A DNA stretch of 64,000 nucleotides from Saccostrea cucullata (Eukaryota): the NCBI RefSeq assembly GCF_032062105.1, contig NW_026927402.1:124001-188000 (forward strand), written 5' to 3'. This document shows, piece after piece, positions 37,393-49,200 of this stretch. How positions within the stretch are numbered: the first letter of the stretch is position 1; each line of letters starts with the position of its first letter. The notes under the pieces are model-generated. The model was given only the letters and a program-made list of their open reading frames with translations, made no database searches and was not told where the DNA came from. The position numbers and the translations under genes are program-made.

Positions 37393-38916
37393 TTATGAAT
37401 AATGTAGTTTGCTTACCTTGCCCCTTCCTCTGCGCTTGCCCTCTTCCTTGTCCTCATCGTAATCTCTGCCCTGGTCCCTGTGATCTCTGCCCTGATCCCT
37501 GTGATCTCTGCCCTGATCCCTGTTATCTCTGCCCTGATCCCTGTCCCGTCTCCTCTGCTCCTCCTGGTTCCTCTGGTACTGCGCGAATCTCTCCAGAGCG
37601 TCATGTTCGGGGAGCCTCAGCCCTGGCATAGTAAGCTGGGGACGCAGGCTGTAGCTGCCGCTAGAAAAGCTCCTGGTGTTTCCGCAGATATCGGTGGTCT
37701 GCAGGGTCCTGACGCCGCGCGCTGCTTTGGGCCGCTTGTTGATGTCGTAGGGCTTATCGCTGGGTTGAGTCTGCTGAGGCTGGGATTCAAACAACCTGTC
37801 TACATCTCGGTTGAATTCGCGCACACAGCTTTGCAGATTGCTCATTACGGCCGGTGCACTGGTGCGAGATTCAAGCGGCGGCTTGCGGGGGCCCTTAGCT
37901 GCTTTTGGGCGGATTTTCACATCACGAGTATCGATGACGTAGGAAGGGCGGTGGAAGGGTTTATTTTCAGCGGCCAGAAGTGCCATTTCTATCTCCTTCC
38001 TGGTCTGCTCACGGGAATTCCCATACATCTTGGGACTGCTCCAAGTGGATGGGCCAGCACCGGCATCCATTGGGATGTCATAGCTTGTAGAAGCTTGACC
38101 ACTGGCACTTGTTCCTGCTCCCTCCACACTGTTCCTGTCTTTACCGCTATCCCATGCCCTTGCAGACTCCTGCTTGAGATCTCTTGTTGCAGATCCATTG
38201 CAGTAGCTTTTGTTTGCCGCTTCACAGGCGTTGCTCCTCTCGACATTTCCGCTGCTAGTCTTCCTTGAAGTTCCCGGCTCAGCTGTTACACTGATGTCTT
38301 CCTCGGAAGGAATGGCGCCAATGCAGACAACTCGTGAAGAATCAACTCGATAGCTTGGGTCGTTGGACTTCAGCTTCTTCTCGTGGCTCGGCTTCTCCGG
38401 TGGCGGTTTGTAGTTGATGCGGCTTTCTCCAGACCTGCTGTTTTCTTTAGGCATGTTTCCCTGTTCTGCCTTGGACTTGCGGCGTTGTTTTTTCGGACGG
38501 GGCTGATCGAAAGCTGGGTCATCTCGTTTAGTGGTGGAAGTAGTAGTACTAACAGTTTTCTTTTTCCTACTCTCTTCAAAAATGTCGATCATCCCTGTGA
38601 TAGACACATCAGAATATGTCCTAGTGGGTAAAGGAAGCTGAGGAGTTTTCTTCTCTTGGTTACCATCAGGCCCGTTATTCTCAACTTGAGCATTCACTGA
38701 GGCGGCCTCCTCCTGGTTTCCATCAGGTCCGCTATCCACAACTTGAACAGCCACTGAGACGGTCGCTTCGTCCGCCCCCTGTTGTGGCCCTGGATCCTGA
38801 TTTTCTCTTCTTCGGTCATTTCTTCGAAAAAATTCAATGATTCTTTCCTTGATAGTACGTCGCCTTTGGCGAATTTCCACAATGGGCACTGCCTCGGTTG
38901 AGCAAGTGCATCCCAT
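37393..38916 (-). CDS. Uncharacterised ~500-aa, probably disordered protein with a predicted N-myristoylation/palmitoylation signal
   Basis: 1524-nt GC-rich ORF in AT-rich DNA, starting MGCTCS. A strong donor AAG|GTAAGC falls after codon 500 (37417), so the true end is probably spliced: the acceptor at 36812 gives ...GKN*, and the one at 36714 gives an 18-aa tail. No recognised domain. Confidence 0.8.
   Translation of the reverse strand: MGCTCSTEAVPIVEIRQRRRTIKERIIEFFRRNDRRRENQDPGPQQGADEATVSVAVQVVDSGPDGNQEEAASVNAQVENNGPDGNQEKKTPQLPLPTRTYSDVSITGMIDIFEESRKKKTVSTTTSTTKRDDPAFDQPRPKKQRRKSKAEQGNMPKENSRSGESRINYKPPPEKPSHEKKLKSNDPSYRVDSSRVVCIGAIPSEEDISVTAEPGTSRKTSSGNVERSNACEAANKSYCNGSATRDLKQESARAWDSGKDRNSVEGAGTSASGQASTSYDIPMDAGAGPSTWSSPKMYGNSREQTRKEIEMALLAAENKPFHRPSYVIDTRDVKIRPKAAKGPRKPPLESRTSAPAVMSNLQSCVREFNRDVDRLFESQPQQTQPSDKPYDINKRPKAARGVRTLQTTDICGNTRSFSSGSYSLRPQLTMPGLRLPEHDALERFAQYQRNQEEQRRRDRDQGRDNRDQGRDHRDQGRDHRDQGRDYDEDKEEGKRRGRGKVSKLHYS
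37457..37545 (-). repeat. 21-bp coding tandem repeat (RDQGRD[N/H/Y])x4
   Basis: Plus-strand unit GATCTCTGCCCTGATCCCTGT repeated about 4 times, in frame. Confidence 0.9.
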
Positions 38917-38929
38917 TGTGGAAGTACTT

Positions 38930-39570
38930 CCGTAAAATGTTTTTATCTGGTTATAAACGCTCTTTCCTTGTTACAATGGAATCAACAAACTAGATAATTC
39001 GTTTTTCCCGAAATGCCTACTCGTCTGTGACGTTTCTGTTCTATGACGTCACAATGAAAGTAAATATTCATACTCGAGGTTAAAAATATATTCCACAATA
39101 AAAAAAAGTACCCATCTACTTCATACCCAACTTAGATAAACTTAGTACATGTATGAATCTTAAAAAAGAATGGGAAAATTTTTTTACAGACTCGATACAA
39201 AATTATTTTAGAGTATTTAACGCGTACATACTTTTTATGGAATATTCGTTAATAAATGCATTTGATAATTTCAAATAGATATTTTAATGCAAGTAAAACA
39301 ATTTAAAAAATGAAGTATATGATAAGTATAGTAATTATCTGGGGAAAACACGAAAAAACGTTTTGTCTTTCAGGGAAAAAAGATCTTGTCCCTTTTTCAG
39401 TTTTGATTCTAACATTTAGAATTTTAACTGTTTCATACCTTCCAGCGAAAAAGAGTTCCACTGAAAATCTGAGAAAAGCCAGTTACAAAAGTGCTAGTTT
39501 TTTTGCCATTATTGTTTGACTTTCACCATGTAGTTTCACTAATTGTTATTATTCGTTCATGGGTAAGTAA
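38930..39570. promoter_or_regulatory. Putative divergent promoter region and candidate non-coding first exon of CNOT2
   Basis: Full CRE TGACGTCA at 39044-39051 plus a TGACGT half site upstream of the orphan ATG. Plus-strand donor GG|GTAAGT at 39562/39563. The CNOT2 ATG exon begins with an acceptor (46172), so an upstream exon is likely. Confidence 0.4.
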
Positions 39571-42203
39571 AAAAATATGCGAATATGACTGCTTTGAAGT
39601 TTTTTGCAAGAAATATCGGGTTCTTTTCCATGAAAGGTCAAGGACTTAAATATGGTTGAAGCTATTTAAAGTAAGTTGTACTATTTGTTCTGTGATACAG
39701 AAAATGCACGACGAGTTTTGATTTAATATTTGAAAGTATATTTATTTTATTCAACATTTATTTAAATGTTATTCGATTGAGTTTTCAGATGATCCGTGTA
39801 ATACACGATCGTTGATTAAATGGACCTATTCTAAATCATGTTCACACTGGTCAGTTTGGAGCCAATAACCCAAATTGGATATGAAACTTAGTAAATAAAA
39901 CTAGAATAAAGTCATTGACATTTGATATAATAGATCTTTGAACATCAGAATGGATCACACTGCATTAAAAACAGCAACTTTTGTATTATCTAATTCCTTT
40001 ATGTTTACAGTTTAGGACATTGTTTATCATGTTTTATCCCACAAACATCAAGTGAATGGAAATCAATAAATGTAAAAAGCTTAAAACTATTATATTCATT
40101 GCTTATTTTAGATTTGCGTTACATGAAAGAAGATTAATTTTCTTTATTAGGCCAAAATAAAAAATAGACTTGTTTCCTGCTACCCGACCTACCTATTTTT
40201 TTGCACCCGACCCTAAAGTTTTTTTTAGCTTTTGGGGAAAAAATTCAAAATTTTAGGAATTTCATGTTTCAAAAGTGAAAAAAAATATACTCAAGTTGTA
40301 TTACATGAAATATATTTATAAAATATGGACTTACATGAAATTCCACTTGAGTTGTGCATCAAAAGGTATGGAATTTCATTTTAAAAGATATCTACCTAGC
40401 TACAGTACCGACCGGACACAACCTAACAGAAAGCGAACCCGGAGCAGACCCCGGGTTCGCTCTCTGGGTTCGCTCCGGGTTCGCTTGGGGTCCGCTAGGG
40501 CTGACCCCGAGCGAACCCGGAGCGGACCCAAAGCGAATCCGTAGCGGACCCCGAGCGAACCCGAAGCGGGCCCAGAGAGCGAACCCAAATTTCAGTAGCG
40601 GTCCCAGAGAGCGAACGCGGGTTCGGTATTTCTGTATAGAGCTGTCAATCAGGATTAGCGATTAACCAATCAGCGCATCAACCAATCAAAATAGCATATT
40701 GATCTGTCGATTGGGATATAAGATTGAACGTGTTGATTTAATTCGATATAAATCCAAACACAGTACATACAAGCAAAATGTGTGAATGTGCTGTGTAAAT
40801 CTATTATGAAAATTAAAATATTATTTAATATTTATTTATTTTAATTCTCCGGGTTGTTTTTTATATTTATATATTTATTTTCTTATTTTATAAACGCAAT
40901 TAATTAATTATATGTTTTAAATTTCCACGTAGAATTAAACATGAATATTTACGTTTTTATTTTCTTTATTTTTTTATACCAGTATTTAAAGTCCATTTGG
41001 TAAATAAATTGGGTAAATACATCAGTCAATGCATAAAAATGGAAATCAATTGAAATTACAATTTTTACTGACAAAAAGAGGATAAAAGAAATATGGTTGG
41101 TCTTCGATAATTATTGTAAAATTTCATTATCTCAAGATACTAACAGTTCAGGAATATTAAAGTACCCAATATTTAAGTATAAATAGATACAGGAAACATC
41201 AAGACGAAAGAGAGAGAGAGAGAGAGAGAGAGAGATCATAACTGTGAATTCTCATCATTAGACTTGATTCTGATAATAAAGCCTGATGACTTTTACTTAA
41301 ATTTCTATGAGTCATCCTCCCAATACTGTACTCAAGTTGTTTTCTATAAGACTGTTGCAGCAATTTTTTTTTTTCAAAAAATATACATGTACAGGAAGAT
41401 GTATATAAAGCACAAAAAATGACCAACAGTTTTCGGGACGCTCTGTCCCTTCCTCAGGATAAAGAAAAAAGTTAAAAAGTCATAAGAACAAAGGAAAAAG
41501 AGAAACCAAAAACAACTAGTACTACTACTAAACACTATATCTATTTACATAGTTACATAGTTGAATTGGAAATTTATATAAACACTATTAAAGAAAGAAA
41601 TCCGGACAGCTATGAAATACGTCTGGTTTATCGGGGTGTACTCAGGTGAAGTGCGATTTACATAATTGAACGAATTAATTACGCTAATTAATCACGACAT
41701 TTAGTAAATCGTACATTGTTTCATTCTCTCAAAATGGCGTAACTATACTTGACAAAGAACAATCAGAGAAATATAATATAGAAGGGATATTTTAACATGT
41801 GAATTATGATCTATTATAAATTTTGAAATGTTTTAGGACTAATTATTTTTGAAAAAATAATTAATAAAGGCGTAAGCAATACATAGTTATGTGGGTTGTT
41901 CGAAAGTTGGTAACGCAAACTAACTGTAGAGTTACAGTAAATTGAAAGAATAATCTTGTTAAGTATCATCAGGAATTGGGTCTAATTCACGTTCATTCTG
42001 GTGAAGTCATTCAGATTGTTAATACCATTAGGGCAGAATGACTTCAATCTGTGCACCCAGAAGGAAGATTTTCATATACACGCATTTTTTTTTCATGTCC
42101 AAGAAGATAAAGATAATTAAGAAGATCAATCATTTTGATGTAAATTTTGAATAATTTAACGAAATACGTAAATTGAGAAATCATAAATAAAATAATTAAA
42201 TAA

Positions 42204-43520
42204 GGCCATATAAAATTAATCTTTAGATTCTCATCCCCGCCCGCCCCTCTCAAAATGTCCCGCCCCGATGTTTCTTATTTTGATTTTAGGGTATTTTCAT
42301 GTATTTTTATTCAGTAAGAATTTGGGTCAAAGTGTAAGAGTTATCTCCCGTCTGTATTAAAAGTCGCGTGTCGCTATTTATATAGCAAAAACGCCATGTG
42401 AAGAATGGAGAAAAATCGGCAATAAAAGCAGTTTAAATGTGTAAGGAAAAGATAATTTGTCAGTTTAGAGAAGGCAGAGAAGAAAAAATAGCATAAACAC
42501 ATATAGATACCATCACTGGCAGGAGCAAGTATGTAGAGAGATTGTAACTAAGTAAAAATATACGAGGAAAGTCAAGTTATATATAACGATCTCCAGCTGT
42601 GTGACTTAGCTTTGAAATAAAAAAAAAATCTACAACATCGTAGACAGACTTAAGAGAAGGCCTAGATTTTTCAGTAGAATAATTATTAGAACATTTATAT
42701 AGCTTATGCAAAATAAGAAGTCACACATACACAATTTATTGGTATCCCCACCTCATTTTGTTCAGGGTGTGCCGTCTAATGTGTACTTGATAATTTGTTA
42801 ATTAATATACACCTATTTACTGGCTATGAGGACAATAGCAAGTTTATCGTTCCCCAAGACAGCAAACTATTTCCCGAGGCGCAGCCGAGGGAAATAGTTT
42901 GCTGTCGAGGGGGACGATAAACTTGCTATTGTCCGAATAGTCAGTAAATAGGTGTTTTATTATACCGATGCTGACTTAACTTTTGTTAACTTTTGGGAGT
43001 CCAGGGTACACACAATTATGATTTGCCATATTATACCGATGCTGACTTAACTTTTGTTACGTCATAATATATACGCGTCACAATCCGAATAAAACCAGAA
43101 GTTTTCCGAGATGAAAAGCGAGGGAAATAGAATGCTGCCGGTGAATAGTTTGATGACTATTTCACCATGGGCAGATAGCACAAAAACTATTTCACGGTAG
43201 AGGCTGTTTGGAAAAAATAGCATGTTTATTTGTCATGTTTTTATATTGAACAAATTCACAGAGGTATAATAACAATAAATATTTAACTTTTAAAGCAAAA
43301 AATTTCTTTAAATATTTAAAAGAATATGAAAAGAATTAAATCTATTCATATTTGCATTAAGGTAATGAAAAAAAATGTGTACGGGGCGTCCATTTGTTTT
43401 GTTGATACTTAGGCCTATATATAAATTAACAATTATAAAAAATAAAAAATAAAATCCGCCCACCCGCCCCAATTTTTTTGCAAATTAGGATGAGAATCTA
43501 AAGATTAATTTTACCTGGCC
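42204..43520. mobile_element. Nested PIF/Harbinger-type MITE
   Basis: TIR GGCCA..TAAAATTAATCTTTAGATTCTCATCC; TAA TSD. Confidence 0.8.
42802..43272. mobile_element. Crypton-like non-autonomous element with a long palindrome
   Basis: ~145-bp imperfect palindrome at 42810-42954 centred on CGAGGCGCAGCCGAG; ends TAATATAC...GTATAATAA. The family assignment is from recollection only. Confidence 0.55.
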
Positions 43521-44691
43521 TAATTAGAATTTTTAAAGACAATGTGTGTGTGAAATAGGGGGCATATATTAAAATATTCTTATCGGGTCGGGAGAACAAT
43601 TATTATTTGCCCTTTTCTTTATTCTGAAAAAAAAAATCATACTCGATCCAAAGTTCTGACCGTGAAAAAGATCTAATATACAGTGTAATTTTTTTTTAGA
43701 AAATGTCCAGTAAATATCTATTACGAACTTTTAATGTGTAACTGCTATAAATGAAATCTAAATATATCAGATGTACAAAAGTTTACATGTAATTTATAGA
43801 TGCGATATCATAATTCACGTGTTAAGCAAACATTTAAACTACGATTTAGCAAAACGTAAGGAATAACAAATGTATTTTTAAACTATATAAAGCATACATT
43901 TAAAAGGTATTTAGTTTAGATTTATTTCGTCAGTTTCACTTGTACACCATTCGATACACTGAAAATCAATTCAACACTCTTTTCTTCCTCTTCTTTTTTG
44001 TTTTCTCATTTTAACTTAAGAAAAATAAATGCCTTATAACCCGCTGTTAAATTAGTTTGAATTTCTCGGGATCGAGAAATCAAGGAAATCAATTATTCAT
44101 CTACATGTAAATCTACGTCGAATTTACAGTTGGATTTTAGAAAATTTATCAATGTTCTCCATTATATCACTGTTTACATGTACAGTGTACGTGTCCGCAT
44201 CGTCGCATAAACAACTATGATCGATCCACAATACCATTACTGTATTGGAATATACAAGGGGCGGGGCTTACTGGCGGTGAGATTAAAGCAGGGTCCGCTT
44301 CACGCATCAGTGCGTAAAGCGGTCCCAGGAAGCGAACGCCGGGTTCGCTCTAGCGGACCCAGAGCTGACCCCGAGCGAACGCAAAGCGCACCCGGAGCGG
44401 TCCCAAAATTTCTGAAAGCGGACCCCGAGCGAACCCGGGAAGCGAACCCGGAGTCCGCTTCGGGTTCGCTCTGGTGTTAGGTTGTGTCCGGTCGGTACTG
44501 TATGGCATGTTTAATTTGGTTTTGTAGTAGTTCATATCCAAAAAATACCATTGGAAAAATTAAATAAAATTAAAAAATAAAATAATTTTCCTACCTACCT
44601 ACCCTATTTTTTTCTGGCTGGTAGCAGGAAACAAGACTATTATTTTTTTTGGCCTTATATTGATTATATTTATGTATTAATATGTATAAAT

Positions 44692-45862
44692 TAGGGATGT
44701 CAAATCGGTCAGTTTTCAATACTCGGTTACTCGGACGTTTTTCCGATCAAGTACCCGGGTACTCGGTAAAAGTGTAAATAAATATGAACAAGTAAATTGA
44801 AGACTGTCATTGTAAACTCTTGAAGAAATAAAACCAGATGCACTGATAGGAGGCTTACCCGTAAATGTATTTCTGTTGTAATAACGATGAGCACTTCGTG
44901 CCCGACAAAGTTTAATATAACAGTTTTTTAAATTCAATTTATTTATTAGATAAACACAAGAAATAAAATCATAAGTTGTTCAAGTTGTTTTTGTTTAAAA
45001 AAAATAATCTGCTCCATAACTGTAATGTAACTCTTTGTCGCGTTTGACGACCAGGTATCAGTCGTCATAATCCGAGATTCCTCTGACTCTAACCCCTGCT
45101 TTTATATTGTGACTTGCGCAGGGGAGAGACTCTCTCCCCTGCACAAGTCATAATATAAATGCAGGGGTTAGAGTCAGAGGAATCTTGGATTACAGTCGTC
45201 AGAGCTACGAACAGTATCAACTTGAACTTGATCAAGTTCTCCTAACAGAGATGATTGACGATTTTAGTACACTTGTTCGATCCGAGATTTATATAGTACT
45301 GTATTACGGGACGGTATTTTGTAGTTTGATGCAACGATGGACATCAGTTTTTTTTAAAGCCTTTGCCTTCAACCAGTTTTATTGGCATGTAATCAAACAC
45401 AACCACATCAACAATCGCACGTGTAATATCATCCGCTCTTTCCCCGAGAATTTACGGCTTCTCGGAGAATTGACAAATTTTTTAATTATCTAATTTATTT
45501 AAACATAATGGATCTTAAACGATGTTCAGTTAAAACAAATAATTAAAGCCAAACAAAAAATAAGGGAAGAAGGCAGTCGAAGGTGAGAAAAGCCAGGTAC
45601 CCCAGGTACTTGGTCACGATAATTACTGTATAAACACTGCCACAGGCGATAATGGTCATTTAGAGTCGTAGTAAACCCTAATTACTGTATGTACAAGTGA
45701 AATGAGCATTTTAAGTTTTTAAACAGATTGTTTAATGCATTAATAAATAAGATTAGAAATATTCAAAAATATACATCCGAGTAACCGAGTACCGATTTTA
45801 GTATTCGATACTCGGACGTTCGATCGAGTACCTGGTTAACCGGGTACTCGTTGACATCCCTA
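44692..45862. mobile_element. hAT-type non-autonomous element
   Basis: TIR TAGGGATGTCAA; 8-bp TSD GTATAAAT/ATATAAAT (one mismatch); subterminal TACTCGG/GTACCCGG motifs. Confidence 0.8.
45068..45192. mobile_element. 125-bp foldback MITE with a 9-bp TSD (Mutator-like), nested in the hAT element
   Basis: Near-perfect palindrome TAATCCGAGATTCCTCTGACTCTAACCCCTGC...GCAGGGGTTAGAGTCAGAGGAATCTTGGATTA; CAGTCGTCA on both flanks. Confidence 0.85.
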
Positions 45863-46250
45863 ATATAAATATTAGATGTTTATATTTACATGATTATATT
45901 TTTTGTTTTGCATTGAAAAATTACATTCAGGATTTAATGTTGAATATAAAACTGTAAGACTACTATTGGACATACTCATAACTTGTTGTTGATTTCTGGT
46001 TTTCAGATAGATAGGATAATTCAATATTGGAGTTATTGTTGCTTTGAATTGATTAAAATCAAGTTTTGTCCAATTTTGAAATATGATTTTCTTCAAGTTC
46101 TTGCCTGTTCATGACTTAAAAGAAGACATTCAGATGCCTATTTGAAGTAATCTTACAATATTATAATTTCAGTTGTACCTGTTTAAGTTTTGTCACATTT
46201 GAAGAACATCGCCAACGCAGACTTGGGATAAAAACCATCAACACGTCTTA

Positions 46251-49200
46251 ATGATACCAGACGAGCAAGCAATGGCGTTCCGTAATCCCCTGGAAAACAC
46301 TAACATGTCCTCAGGAATAGGGCAGTAAGTCGCTTAGTTAAAATATGTTTCAGTTTGGGAAAAAAACAGTAGATGCAGTGATTATTTTCTGGATATAATG
46401 AATAAAATCAGGTTTGGATAGTGAATATAAATCTATTGTTTTTAAATTAGGGACTGGTAAGCCACTAAAGGTGAAATGTTAAGCATCCTTAATGATACAT
46501 ACTTCATATGTAATTTTGTTATGGTTCGATTATTTTTGATACCTTTTGAAAGAAAAACCAAATTCAAAGTTGTGTTTAGTCTAAATTATTTTGAAACTAA
46601 AAGTTGTAATTTGATATACATGGAAATTGACTAAAAGAATTTGATTTGCATGGATTGACTCACTGAATAATTCTACAATTTAACTATTAGTCCTAAAAAA
46701 ATCACATTTTTAAGCTCTATTCATCATCATTTATTTATGATACAGTATGTTTTTTCCAATGCCAAACCAGACTAAATATAGATCCCGAAGGAAAAATGAA
46801 CCAGATGCAAAACCAGAATATTTTGAACCAATATTACAAATTGACATAACTTACACACAATTATGTACTTAGAACATGTAGAAAAAGTTACTGTAGTGAT
46901 GCAAGAAAATAGAAAATCTGTAGTAGTAATGTTATGATTTATTATTTAGAAGGTTTATGACTGACCAATTATCGTGGAACACACAGTAAGTATACACTCC
47001 GCCCTCTCAGTTTGATTCTGTCACAGTTACAGGGTTGTCCAAAATCCACAAGCATTCTCTGATAGGTATAGTTATAGGGTGAGCTTAAAATAAATGAAAG
47101 AGGAGTTTATAAATTAATGACCAATCATGAATAAGTTGTAGAGGAATGTACCTAGAATTTTTGTCATGTTGGCAGGTTATTCTATCAAATCATGATTATG
47201 TCTTATTCATATATGTCTTAATACATTACATACATTATATAGTATATATATACAAACATGCACAGTTATAGGATTGCCCCAAAATTAGCATTCTGACATG
47301 TTTGCATAGGTAGCCTAAATTAGAAAAATTTCTTTTCATATGAATTATTTACAATATTTACAATCAGTTTTTCCATCAGAATTCCTCTTATTAGCTGAAA
47401 AAATTTTGAAATTAATTTCTATTTTTTTAAATTTTGTTTAGAGTTGAAGTGTATGATTTTTTTTTTTTCATGATGTTTTTGACCAACTATTCATTGCAGA
47501 AGTTCTCAACATTTGATTGAATTCATCATCTTTTTTCTTTTCATGAATGTCAAAATTTTGTGAAATTCTTTTATAGTTGTATGAAACATAGAGACTACAC
47601 TTTTCAGATTTAGTATTTTAGATTTTCTATTCCTTTATAAGACATCTCTGTCATGTTTATAAAAGTTGAAAGCTTATAACTATTCTATGATATACATGAT
47701 TGTATATATGAATTCAATTTTATATTGTCTGAAGCAAATTTATTTCTTTTTACAATAAAACAATGTATACCACACACTGCATTTTGAAAATCAATTAGAA
47801 GTCACAAATACTGATTGATATACACATTTGCATGCTGTTTAGACAATAGATATTCTGTGACAATTTCAAACTTGGAACTAGGCAAGAAAAACATGCTTTT
47901 TCTGGTTCATTTTGTGCAAAAGAGTTGCATGTTTCATCCTGTTCATTTTTCATTGCATGCACTTTTGCCCAGGGGAGAGAACTGCTCATGAGACTGCTCA
48001 TGTCATAATGTTGCACAATACCGACCCTACCTCTTGGTATCCCGTATATAGTTATGTTGACCCCGTCTGACCCAGTGATTTTGTTATATTTTGTTAAAAA
48101 AGTGAAATCATTATAATTCAATCAACTTAATTTATAGATTTGCCTAATTTCATACATTTGCAAAGAAGAGATTTATAGAAAAGCTATTTCATGGGCATCA
48201 TTTTTTGAGAAAAATATGATTGCCTTTCAAATCAATTATCATTGAGATTGAATACTTGTGTATAAATATCATAATTATATCAGCAAAATTCACAAAAAAA
48301 TGAACAACCTTAAGAAATATGATGATTTCATAGTCCATGTTATACTATACGTTTTAAAACTATATGTTATATTTATTATATTTATACTCATTTGAGTGGC
48401 ATATCTCGATCAAAATCAAGACCACAGAGAGTGACCTTCTCAGTTTACCATGTTTACTTTTGAAATTGACAATTGACAAGTCCTTAGCAATTAAAAAGAG
48501 GAAAATATATTTTATCATTTATTACATATACTGTAAACGTATTACATTTGGCAGAGTATTCTTTTTAGTGCTTTTGGCAGAGTGAAAATCCCGCTAATTC
48601 AAGTACAAAGCTTAAAGTCTTGTACAAATACACATAAATAGGAACACTGAGGAATGCGCTACATCAAATCTATGCTAACTTGTCCAAAAATCAATTTCCG
48701 CCAAATATCGTACACACTAAATATAATACATTTACAGTAAGTGTAAATTGTGCACCCACAGGCATTTAATGAATTGATTTTGATATATTTTTTAAAGGTA
48801 AGTAGTCAGACCAGTAGCTAGAATCTACTGGTCAATTACATGTGTCTGAAATTTTTGGCATGGCCAGATTTTGAATTGCTCAGCTAGTTTTTCAGAGGAG
48901 TATAGTGCTACTGGGTATGTGCCAACATCTGCACATAATTTTCCTCATTTTTTTTAACGTTTACTGCATGTCATATATTGACTGTGACTTATCTCGGTCA
49001 ATATTGTTTGTGTTCAGTTGTCTTGGAGAGACTTTTTAGAAAATTGATGTTTAGTTGCATTAGAAAGTAAAGGGAAAAAAGTTTTCATTTAAAAGATACA
49101 GGTTTCAGGATAAAAATTGAGAAAAATCAGACGAAAAAAGATTTTGATTGTCTATTTCAGGTACGGCTTGAGCCGGAAGGGGACAGGGGAATTATCCCCA

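Larger units (their letters stand above)
40403..44500. mobile_element. TA-flanked TIR element with GC-rich subterminal repeats
   Basis: Perfect 26-bp TIR CAGTACCGACCGGACACAACCTAACA; TA TSD; AGCGAACCC/AGCGGACCC arrays near both ends. Confidence 0.85.
40150..44654. mobile_element. PIF/Harbinger-type MITE, expanded by nested insertions
   Basis: TIR GGCCAAAA..ATAG.CTTGTTTCCTGCTACC at both ends; TTA TSD. Confidence 0.8.

Noticed and set aside
37480-38268. 262-aa plus-strand ORF and other short ORFs overlapping the orphan gene
   Set aside because: Antisense shadow of a GC-rich coding exon; its ISALIPV repeats are just the reverse frame of the 21-bp repeat.
40275-40665. Short ORFs here and at 44217-44541
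   Set aside because: Arise from GC-rich subterminal repeats of the TA-flanked element; no transposase motifs.
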